Assembly: GCA_052327205.1 (NCBI GenBank)
Contig: JBMRGM010000043.1
Location: 31,744,001-31,808,000, forward strand
DNA length: 64,000 bases
Reading direction: 5' to 3'
DNA from: Somniosus microcephalus
Taxonomy: Eukaryota
This document shows, one piece after another, positions 1 through 9,408 of the stretch; the stretch's first letter is position 1; each line of letters begins with the position of its first letter. The translations under genes and the position numbers were made by a program. Under the pieces are notes generated by a model that had not been told where the DNA came from, did not search any database, and saw only the letters and a list, made by a program, of their open reading frames with translations.

Positions 1-519
1 AAAACCTGTAGCAATTTCCAGGGTCAATTTTTTCTTTAATAATGTTGTAAAATGAATGCTATCAAATTGACCGCTTGTATAACCCCACGGCCTATTTACT
101 TTTCCATTATTTTGAATAAAGGAAAAGCGGGCATGATGTACAATGGGAGCCTTGATTGATATCATACATTTCCCATCCTCGCCCAAATTCCAATCTATCT
201 GAATGCCACAAATAAACTGTGTATAGAGTAACTGGTTACTGCTTAATCTTCATCACCTTGGGGTTTAGCATTCGAGGGGCAGAGCGCAGGATAATACATC
301 TGGCGGGGAGGATGGCTTGTTACTTGCAAAACCCATCGAATTTTGCTTTCTTTCAGCCTTTAAACATCAGGCCATTCCGTTACCGGTATCCCTCTTGCCA
401 AATCTTCCATCCACATTCTGGCGGTAAAGTCTGAACTCTACCTCACCATATATTAGTGCCAAATGCATAAGACATAGCGTTTTGTATTGCTACATGATAT
501 GATGGGATTTTAAAAATTA

Positions 520-1750
520 CACAGAATTTAAAGCACAGTAACCGGCCATTCTGACCAACAGGTCTGTGCTTGTGTTTATGATGCACACGAGACTCTTCTC
601 ACCTTCTTTCGTCTAATCCTATCAATATCTCCTTTAATTCCTTTCTCTCATATGTACTTATCTAGATTACCCTTTAAGATATCTGTGTTGTTAGCCTCCA
701 CCACCTAAACTTCTGGAATTTCTATAAGTGGACTCCTCTTCTCTATGCCTACCCTATCAAACCCCTTCATAATTTAAAATAACTCTACTCGTTCTCCCCT
801 CAGACCTCTGTTTTCTACAGAAAAGAATCCCGATCTATTAGTTATATCTTGAGAGTTAAGACGTTTCATTTCTGGTACAATGCTCCTCAATACGTTTTAC
901 CGTCTCTTTTTCCTCTATGCATTTTGTAATATATAACAATAAAGAACATAAGAAGTAGGAGCAGGAGTAGACCATATGGAGCCTCGAGGCTGCTCTTGCA
1001 TTCAATAAGATCATGGCTGATCTTCAAACTTAACTGCACTTGTTTGCACTAGAATCCAAAAATCAATCTTATCTCAGCCTTGAATGTACTGAACGATTCT
1101 GCATGCACAGCTAATTGGGAAAGAGAATTCCAAAGAGTAACTAACCTCTGAGTGAAGACATTTCTCCTCATCGCTGACCCATATCTTGAGACTATGCCCC
1201 CTAGTTATAGACTCTCCAGCCAGGGGATACAGCCTGTCAGCATATAACCTGCAAATCCCCCTCTGAATCTTATGTTTCAATGAGCTCACCCCTCATTCTT
1301 CTAAAATCCAGTGCTTATGGTCTCAATCTACTCAATCTCTCCTCATCGGACAACCCTCTCATCCCGGGAATCAATCTAGTGGAGCTGCATTGAACCGCCT
1401 CTAAAATGGAGACCACAAGTGTACACAATACTTTAATGTGGCCCAACTACGTTTCTATACAAATTTAACATGGCTTCTCTGCTTTTCAATGCATTTCCTC
1501 TAGAAATGCACTCCAATACTTTGGTAGCATTTTTCGGGCCTTGTCAAATTGCGTTACTAATTTTAATGATTTGTGAATGTGTACCCCTGGATACCTTTGC
1601 TCCTCTGCCACATTTAGATTCTTATTTTGCGAGGATAAAGTGCTTCCTCATTCCTTCTACCAAAATTCACAAACTAACTATGTTAAAATTCGCTTGCCAT
1701 GTAGATGCCCATTCATCATGATTATTACCGTCTTTTTATATTTTATCGTG
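520..1750 (-). mobile_element. Nested degenerate CR1 LINE 3' fragments (younger piece ~940-1403 inside an older one)
   Basis: Minus-strand remnant DRLYPLAGESITRGHSLKI (ORF 1074-1289) matches the CR1 ORF2 C-terminus; typical 3' end aagaacataagaagtaggagcaggagtagaccat. Paralogous copy at ~34980-35920. Confidence 0.8.
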
Positions 1751-2380
1751 CTTCGACAATAATTTTTTATCGCTGAATAATAAATATAATGTTAAGAAAT
1801 ATTCCCTGTTGTTCACAGATTGAGACATAAGTGTAAGTCTATTCACTAGGATTTCAACCAAACCTTCTGCTAATTCAATGCACAAATAAAGTGGCTTTAG
1901 TTTGAAACTGGGCAATGACCATGCCTTTCTGCCGGTGTTTCACTGGAGACTCTCTCCCAATGATTGGGTAGGACAGGGGAGGAAAAATGTATTTCTGGTG
2001 TCTTTCACTCATATTCCGGTGCATATTTAAAATATATATATTTATTTTAATCAATAAGTATTCTTGGATGCAGCACAATATGAATATGGTAACAATTAAT
2101 TCTGAAGATGGCTCCAAAATGATTAATTACTTTTTCGGAAAATTAGAGAATGTAATAACAAAAAATTTGTTAGTTTCTTATGGGCATTCCATATATTTAT
2201 ATAGCGCATTCTCAGTCTGCTTTAATCTACCTATCGAACTAACTCTCTGTGTTTGACTTACGACCTATCTAAATATCTGTCTGTTTCTTCATCCTCAGTC
2301 TAACAAATAATCAAAGGCATGCATCAATAGGACAGTTTTAGTTCCAATGATAGATTTTATCAGTAGAATCGTACAGGTAC

Positions 2381-3335
2381 TGTGCTGCCTCTCCCTCTAA
2401 CTTAACCTCACTGTATGTATTTAACTTACTTATATATGTATAACCTACCTGTTGGGGCCGTTGCCCCTTTAACTTACCTTTTAGGGCCATTGCCCCTTTA
2501 AGACGCGCCTTAGCGTGCTGACGTCACGTACAACGTAGCGTGCTGACGTCACGGCACGTACGACGTGACGTGCGTGAGGCGGCTGCCGGCCCGACTCGGC
2601 CTTCCAGAAAGGCTGCCGGCACAGCCCGGCCTAGCGTCTTTGGCCGCATCCACCAGCCGCCGGGAGCGACGCGATCTTCCGCTCCCGCGGCAAGCATCGG
2701 CTCAGCCTGGCCTCCAGCTCCCGCTCCCGACTTCGGCCTCCACGGCCAGAAACGCGACCACGCGCATCACGTGACGCCCCAAGCGCGGACAACGCTACCG
2801 AGCGTGATGAGGTCATCACGCTCCCCACAGGACTGCTACGTAGTCCTCGTGGAATCCTCGCTGGGACACAGACCTACACCACGGTGCTCCTACAGCAGCA
2901 CAGGCTCCGGGCAGTTGTATTGTCCCCATGCTTGAGTCTTGGAAATTGTTTGTCTGTAAGTATTTTAGAATGCTATGGATGATTAATGTGCACTGTATGT
3001 TGTAGAAAATGTTTAGTTGTAACTTTTCTCTGCCTAGCTGATTAACTAGTAGCTGTATTTTCATACACTATGTACAGGGCTAATTTAAAGAGAATGCCTC
3101 CCAGTTTACTAAATGTACTGTGTTGCTCAGGCGTACCTAAATCTGTGTATACATATCAGTTATGCGCCTGTATACTAATGTGTGCTTCCATTTCTGTGTT
3201 GTATTTCAGTTTTACAATTAGAATCGTTCAGTAAAGTGTTACAAGAAAAGTCAAGCCTTGTGATTTTATTGGAAGATATCGAGTTGTTCGCTATCTGTCT
3301 AGCTCTGCATAGAATCGCGTTGCGAGGGCAGAACA
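2381..3335 (+). repeat. 5' LTR (955 bp)
   Basis: tgtgctgcct...gggcagaaca; CpG-rich core with TGACGTCA at 2519-2526 and 2544-2551. Confidence 0.97.
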
Positions 3336-3390
3336 GTAAAAAGACAACAGCACAGCGGGCTCAAGCGCAGGAAGATACCACTCAGCTACC

Positions 3391-5634
3391 ATGAGTCTAC
3401 GCTCAGGAAAACAATATACCCTAGAGGACGTCGACCAGTCAAGCGAGAAGCATGAGCCTCTCCTAGCAAACGATGCCAAGTCACAGCCCTCTAAAGTATC
3501 CCCTAGGTCATCTCGGCGGTCCAGCAGACCGTCGTCATCGACAGCTTCTGCAGCCGCCAAAGCACGTGCCAACGCAAAAGCTGCCCAGGCTCAATTGTCC
3601 TTCGCTGAAAAAGAAGCTGACCTTATGAAGCAGAGAGCCGACCTCGAAGCTAGTATGATGAAGCAGAAAGCTGACCTTATGAAGCAGAGAGCCGACCTCG
3701 ACGCTAGTGTGATGAAGCAGAGAGCTGACCTCGACGCTAGTGTGATGAAGCAGACAGCACAGTCCTCTAAAGTATCCACTAGATCATCTCGGCAGTCCAG
3801 CAGACCGTCGTCATCGACAGCTTCTGCAGCCGCCAAAGCACGTGCCAAGGCAAAAGCTGCCCAGGCTCAATTGGCCCTTGCTGAAAAAGAAGCTAGGGTT
3901 ATGAAGCAGAGAGCTGACCTCGCTGCCAGTCTCCACATTCTCCAAAGCCAGAGAGCTGCCGCTGCCGCTAAAGCTAAAGCCGCAGCTTATGAAGAAGGTG
4001 AGGAGAACGAAGGCGGGGAGCCCAGCCAGGAAACATATGTTCTGGGACAGCCCCTCAGTCCAGTGCAACGTACAAGTGAGTGTGTCCAACAACACTCCAA
4101 ATTGTTCTCCAAGGAAACATCCAACTATCTCAACGCAGAACCAGCTACTCAACACAGTAGCAAACAGCCTGTTTTTGGAGACACTGAGCTTAAAGGAGAA
4201 GAAACAAGCAAGACTTACCTACAGAGACCTCCACAGCACTCGGCCAATCCAGCCAAGCAGTCCTCACCCGAGCCACAAGGTACACAGGACCTCGCTGGGT
4301 GCCTTATCCGCCGAGAGTTGTTGAGTTCGGGCCTTCTGGAGTTAGATGGCCGTCCTGAAAGTTGTTGGTCATGGAAAGAGCCCAACCTGAGACTACACAA
4401 GGTAGCATCGAACAGTGGACAGGTGATGGAAGCCTTCCCTGCAGAGGACCGTGCCAAGGATCTGAAGGATTTGCACCTTGGAGTGGATCCTCCCCCCCTT
4501 CAACGGAGCCTGGGGCTCTCCTGGAACCTGGAAACAGACAGCGTCACATTCCTGGTGTCCCGTGAAGAAAGGCCATTCACACGGAGAGACATCCTGTCCA
4601 CAGTCAACAGTTTGTACAACCCTTTGGGGTTCGTAGCTCCCATAACAATGCAAGGAAAAGCATTTGTACGGGAACTCTCATCGGATCAGAGTGAGTGGGA
4701 TGCTCCACTCCTCCCTGAAAAAGAAGCAAAATGGAACCTACAGTTGATCAGAGACAAGATTGACATCGATGTGGGCGCCGTCAAGTTCTTCACGGACAGC
4801 AAGATTGTACTTGGTTACATCCACAACTCCACAAGAAGGTTTTACGTGTATGTTTCCAACTGGGTGACTCGTATCAGACGATCCACTCACCCTGACCAGT
4901 GGTGCTATGTCCCCACGGACCTGAACCCTGCAGACCATGCTACCAGGTCTATACCAGCAGCACACCTACAGCAAAGCAGTTGGTTCTCGGGCCCCTCTTT
5001 CCTGTCTAATGTCAACACAGAGGAGACTCCTGAGTCCAATCCCTTCACCCTTGTGGAGCCTGAAGCTGATACCGAGATTCGGCCTGAAGTTACGACCCTG
5101 GTCACCAAAGCCTCAGAATCTCAGTTGGGCTCACAAAGCTTCGAGCGATTCTCAAGCTGGAGAACACTCTGCCGAACCACAGCTCGACTCATTCATGTAG
5201 CAGCATCCTTCAAGGGGAATTCGGACAACATAGAACGCAAAGGATGGAAATGTTCTAAAGAAGTATCCAGCACAAGTGAGCCATCACAAGCCAAAGGTGT
5301 GATCATTCGCTCTGTCCAGCATGATGTCTTCAAGGAGGAATTCAAATGTCTTGAAGAGGGACAGACATTCCCCAAGCAAAGAGGAGAGTATTTGTCCACC
5401 CTACAGAGCCGTAGGAAATGGACAGAAGACAAGCCAAACGTCAAAGTGAGAGACGTTGTCTTGCTGAAAGACAGCCAAGCACGCAGAAATGAATGGCCAG
5501 TGGGCCTGGTTGTCAAAACTCTGCCGACCAGGGACAAGAGGGTCCGCAAGGTGGAGGTGAAGATTGTCAAGGAGGGGCCTATCAAAGTGTTTCTGAGGCC
5601 AGTCTCAGAGATCCTCCTTTCTGAAGTAACCTAG
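3391..5634 (+). CDS. Internally deleted BEL/Pao Gag-Pol fusion ORF (747 aa)
   Basis: Gag N-terminus with duplicated coiled repeats; Gag start DLAGCLIRRELLSSGLL..WSWK; RT tail NLRLHKVASN and RSLGLSWN; Pao RNaseH-region motifs TRRDILSTVNSLYNPLGF, FFTDSKIVLGYI and NPADHATR; BEL C-terminal EYLSTLQSRRKW..VVLLKD..RNEWPVG. Protease, RT catalytic core and integrase core are absent. Confidence 0.9.
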   Translation: MSLRSGKQYTLEDVDQSSEKHEPLLANDAKSQPSKVSPRSSRRSSRPSSSTASAAAKARANAKAAQAQLSFAEKEADLMKQRADLEASMMKQKADLMKQRADLDASVMKQRADLDASVMKQTAQSSKVSTRSSRQSSRPSSSTASAAAKARAKAKAAQAQLALAEKEARVMKQRADLAASLHILQSQRAAAAAKAKAAAYEEGEENEGGEPSQETYVLGQPLSPVQRTSECVQQHSKLFSKETSNYLNAEPATQHSSKQPVFGDTELKGEETSKTYLQRPPQHSANPAKQSSPEPQGTQDLAGCLIRRELLSSGLLELDGRPESCWSWKEPNLRLHKVASNSGQVMEAFPAEDRAKDLKDLHLGVDPPPLQRSLGLSWNLETDSVTFLVSREERPFTRRDILSTVNSLYNPLGFVAPITMQGKAFVRELSSDQSEWDAPLLPEKEAKWNLQLIRDKIDIDVGAVKFFTDSKIVLGYIHNSTRRFYVYVSNWVTRIRRSTHPDQWCYVPTDLNPADHATRSIPAAHLQQSSWFSGPSFLSNVNTEETPESNPFTLVEPEADTEIRPEVTTLVTKASESQLGSQSFERFSSWRTLCRTTARLIHVAASFKGNSDNIERKGWKCSKEVSSTSEPSQAKGVIIRSVQHDVFKEEFKCLEEGQTFPKQRGEYLSTLQSRRKWTEDKPNVKVRDVVLLKDSQARRNEWPVGLVVKTLPTRDKRVRKVEVKIVKEGPIKVFLRPVSEILLSEVT

Positions 5635-5728
5635 AGAACGAACTCTGAGTATGTTGCAGCCAAAGGACGTTTTCTTCAGGTTTATTTTGTATCTGTAGTG
5701 GTACAATGGAATTGTACCAAGCGGGGAG

Positions 5729-6688
5729 TGTGCTGCCTCTCCCTCTAACTTAACCTCACTGTATGTATTTAACTTACTTATATATGTATAACCTACCTGT
5801 TGGGGCCGTTGCCCCTTTAACTTACCTTTTAGGGCCATTGCCCCTTTAAGACGCGCCTTAGCGTGCTGACGTCACGTCACGTACAACGTAGCGTGCTGAC
5901 GTCACGGCACGTACGACGTGACGTGCGTGAGGCGGCTGCCGGCCCGACTCGGCCTTCCAGAAAGGCTGCCAGCACAGCCCGGCCTAGCGTCTTTGGCCGC
6001 ATCTACCAGCCGCCGGGAGCGACGCGATCTTCCGCTCCCGCGGCAAGCATCGGCTCAGCCTGGCCTCCAGCTCCCGCTCCCGACTTCGGCCTCCACGGCC
6101 AGAAACGCGACCACGCGCATCACGTGACGCCCCAAGCGCGGACAACGCTACCGAGCGTGATGAGGTCATCACGCTCCCCACAGGACTGCTACGTAGTCCT
6201 CGTGGAGTCCTCGCTGGGACACAGACCTACACCACGGTGCTCCTACAGCAGCACAGGCTCCGGGCAGTTGTATTGTCCCCATGCTTGAGTCTTGGAAATT
6301 GTTTGTCTGTAAGTATTTTAGAATGCTATGGATGATTAATGTGCACTGTATGTTGTAGAAAATGTTTAGTTGTAACTTTTCTCTGCCTAGCTGATTAACT
6401 AGTAGCTGTATTTTCATACACTATGTACAGGGCTAATTTAAAGAGAATGCCTCCCAGTTTACTAAATGTACTGTGTTGCTCAGGCGTACCTAAATCTGTG
6501 TATACATATCAGTTATGCGCCTGTATACTAATGTGTGCTTCCATTTCTGTGTTGTATTTCAGTTTTACAATTAGAATCGTTCAGTAAAGTGTTACAAGAA
6601 AAGTCAAGCCTTGTGATTTTATTGGAAGATATCGAGTTGTTCGCTATCTGTCTAGCTCTGCATAGAATCGCGTTGCGAGGGCAGAACA
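5729..6688 (+). repeat. 3' LTR (960 bp)
   Basis: Same sequence as the 5' LTR except a 5-bp indel in the acgtcacgt repeat and about 3 substitutions seen by eye. Confidence 0.97.
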
Positions 6689-6694
6689 GGTACC

Positions 6695-8000
6695 AACCAT
6701 AGAACTCTTTCAGTCGGCAAGTATATGTCATCAACATAGGCCTGTACGAGTAGGAGTATAAAGTTTGAAAAATGTTCCTGTAACAAAAGGACAGTATACT
6801 CAGTAATCAAAGATCCGCAGCACTAGGACAATATAAACAGTCATTAAAATATCTGAGCCAGTATGACAGTTAAGTTATTAATCAAAGGCCTGTACCAATA
6901 GGACAGTATAGATAATGATTAGAGACCTGCAGCAGTCGGACATTATAGGCACTAGTCATAGACCTGTAGCAAAAGGACGGATATTGGCCCAGAAATTTGG
7001 GTCTCCATGGGTGAGTACGCACGGGGTACTCACCAGTAAGGCCGATGGAAGTGCCGGTTTCCTGCATGCACTGCGCATTCGCGGGAAACCGGCACTTCCT
7101 TTCCACTGAAAGCAGGGGTTCAGAGGTCACGTGCGCGGGGGAGGCTGCGTGTGCGCATCTAACTTACGTTTTTCTTACAGGTTTTTCCGTGAGGGTAAGT
7201 CTGCAGAATTTAGAAATACAAAAAGCAGGCGTAAGGTCTGCTTCTTACAAGGTAAATGGTGAATTAATTAAATTAAAACATTTTTTTCCACAGGTTTATT
7301 ATTTTTAAATACTTTACAGCTAGGTAAGTTGATTATTAGTCCCGTTAGAATAAAAAAATATTTTTTTCAAAAATTTCTATTATTGTTTATAAATAGTTAT
7401 TCCTTGTCATTTATAGTTTGTTTAGTGCTATTTTGGGGCCGTAGCACTTCCTGTCAAGACTTATGAATGGAGCATTCCCTGCTCCGATTGGCTGCTCATG
7501 GCCCACGTAATCCCAGGGGACGCTTCAAATTAACTCTGCCCCTGGGATACGCAAGCACTGTGCGCCGGCAGTTTGACCAGGACCCGGATCGGAATCCCAC
7601 GACTCAACCGCTGGCGCGCTAGGTTAGTGCAGATCAGGGGCTTACACCCGCAGGAAGCAACCGACCTACAATTCTGGGCCAATGTAATGAGCAATGACCG
7701 GCACCTCTAGGGCTATATATGTGCTAATAACGAACGGCACGGTTAGTAAATTACAGGTTGCTTATCCAGTAGCTCTGCATCGGTCCCAGTCATAGACCAA
7801 CACCAATGGAACTGTGCAGATTCTAATTAGAGTTTGCCACAATATTATAGATTGGGTATTTATCGGAGATCTGTGCAAAGAGGACAGTATAGCTACTAAT
7901 AGCTGGCCTGTACTAGAAGTCGTGTCTAAGTACTGATCATATACATTCTGCAGTAGGACAGTCGAGGCAGCAATCATAGACCTGCACCAGTAGGTGATAC
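6695..8000 (+). repeat. Degenerate ~36-38 bp minisatellite (core CCTGYASCARTAGGACAGTAT), interrupted by the BEL element and a MITE
   Basis: Core recurs at ~6741, 6777, 6890, 6926, 6963, 7948 and 7981; also at ~2325-2375 and uninterrupted in paralog B at ~36470-37100. Confidence 0.7.
6986..7680. mobile_element. MITE, PIF/Harbinger-like (non-autonomous DNA transposon)
   Basis: Terminal inverted repeat (att)ggcccagaa / ttctgggcc(aat); absent at the paralogous site (~36775-36785); perfect internal 16-bp inverted repeat at 7047-7062 / 7084-7099. Confidence 0.85.
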
Positions 8001-8439
8001 CTACAGTGAGCCCGAGAGAGGAACAATATTGTGTGGCTCAAGGAGATGCCCCATTTAAGCCTCGTTTTGGGCTTCAGTTATTTGAGAGTCGAATCACCTA
8101 TTTGCTAAACATTATTGACGGAATTAAGCTCTCGGGACTTAAATGGTTAATCGTGCCAGGGTGTAACACCTCCCTTACCCCTCTACCGTTGTACCAGGCC
8201 ACATACACAGAGCGGGAGTTGACCACTTCCCTAAGCCCGTGAAAAAAACAAGCCTTCACCCTGGGGCCACAGACCAGGCCAGTCTCTCTGTTAACGTTAC
8301 AAACTGCGGTTAGAATAAATCATATTTGAAACAGTTTGAACAGATTACTACGGCCTGGATTCCAACTGTTCGCTTCTGATAAGAATTCAGTTTAAAACTG
8401 ACAGGGCTCAGGTAACTTTTCAGCGTTAGGGTGGATTCG

Positions 8440-8590
8440 TCATCGTGTCCGGTTTAATTTCCTCTTGGCTCCAATGTGGTCAGAAGTCACAGTGATCACA
8501 GTGTGCAGTCGGCTGGTGCATGGGCAGTGAGCAATACAGCTGCAGACTGCTCTCGGGGAACTCGCTCCAGCCGCTGTCTCCTCATTCCCC
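8440..8590 (+). promoter_or_regulatory. Putative TATA-less promoter and non-coding first exon of gene A
   Basis: ETS/PU.1-like TTTCCTCTT at 8458-8466, CCAAT at 8471, RUNX TGTGGT at 8475; donor ccc|gtaagt after 8590 and acceptor tttcag| before 8689, both conserved in B (37727, 37824). The TSS cannot be determined. Confidence 0.55.
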
Positions 8591-8772
8591 GTAAGTACCG
8601 ACTCGGGATCTGCGCGTGCGGGCGTTTGGTAATGAAGAAGTCGAACAGTGTCAGCGGCTGAATGTGATTCTATGATATCAGTTTTCAGGTGAACAGAACT
8701 GAAAACAGCTGATCCGAAGCGCGGGTCTTCACAGAGGGAGGTGGACTGCTTCTCGGATCCCCCGCATTCGAA

Positions 8773-8803
8773 ATGATTCACATCTGTCGCCTTCTGACCT
8801 TGT
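8773..8803 (+). CDS. Gene A exon S1 (signal peptide part 1, MIHICRLLTL)
   Basis: 31 coding nt then gtaagt, phase 1; conserved in B. Confidence 0.85.
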
Positions 8804-9374
8804 GTAAGTAAATCTCAAATATTTCCAGTGCCTTTGAAAATCAACGTCACTCACCCCTGACCGTTAACCAGATTAATAAGACTCATTCAGTGAGAGGGTG
8901 CTTCACAGTAAATTAATATTCAGACTTTATTAAGGTCAAACATTCAATTATACTGCATTGAAATGTCATTTCCATGCTTCAGTTTTAATCAGAATTTAGT
9001 GGAACAACAGAAATAAGTTTGATTAGTCAGGCAAACAGGATCTTTCTGCTCATCTAAGGTTGCAGCCGACCTTAGTCACATCTAAACGGTCCAATATTTA
9101 TTATTTCACCAATTATTTAGCCTCACCTGCAGAAACTGCTTGCACGTTTCTTATTGTTGTCGTTTTGTTTATTAGAAAAAAATAAATGTTTTATGCGCTT
9201 CATCTCAAGTATCAGAGTTGGCTCAGTTGACTCACTCTTACAAATTGCTCTTAATACATGCGGTGAGATTTACAGTGCGTGGGTTCTGTGGCTAGATGTT
9301 AAACTTGGTCCATGTCATTGCTTGATGATTTCGTGTGCGGCAGGCACGCTTCTTGTTAACAACTGCCACAGTGC

Positions 9375-9408
<34 letters not shown>

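Larger units (their letters stand above)
2381..6688 (+). mobile_element. Non-autonomous (internally deleted) BEL/Pao LTR retrotransposon, very recent insertion
   Basis: Two near-identical TG...CA LTRs; 5-bp TSD GGTAC (2376-2380 and 6689-6693); PPT aagcggggag at 5719-5728; empty site with a single GGTAC at 36532-36536 in paralog B. Confidence 0.97.

Noticed and set aside
219-434. 71-aa ORF of the same length in both units (34680-34895)
   Set aside because: GTG start, many radical substitutions and no domain; probably 3' UTR or flank, though not formally excluded.
2540-2935. 131/141-aa ORFs (also 5863-6288) and overlapping ORFs
   Set aside because: They lie in the GC-rich LTR, have no motifs, and recur only because the LTR is duplicated.
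6695-8000. Regularly spaced ~20-bp motif with variable intervening sequence, superficially CRISPR-like
   Set aside because: The repeats are degenerate, the spacers resemble each other, there are no cas genes and the context is vertebrate. It is an old minisatellite.
8440-8781. Minus-strand 113-aa ORF conserved with 37633-37917
   Set aside because: It is antisense to the 5' UTR exons; the similarity follows from the duplication and the C-termini are frameshifted relative to each other.
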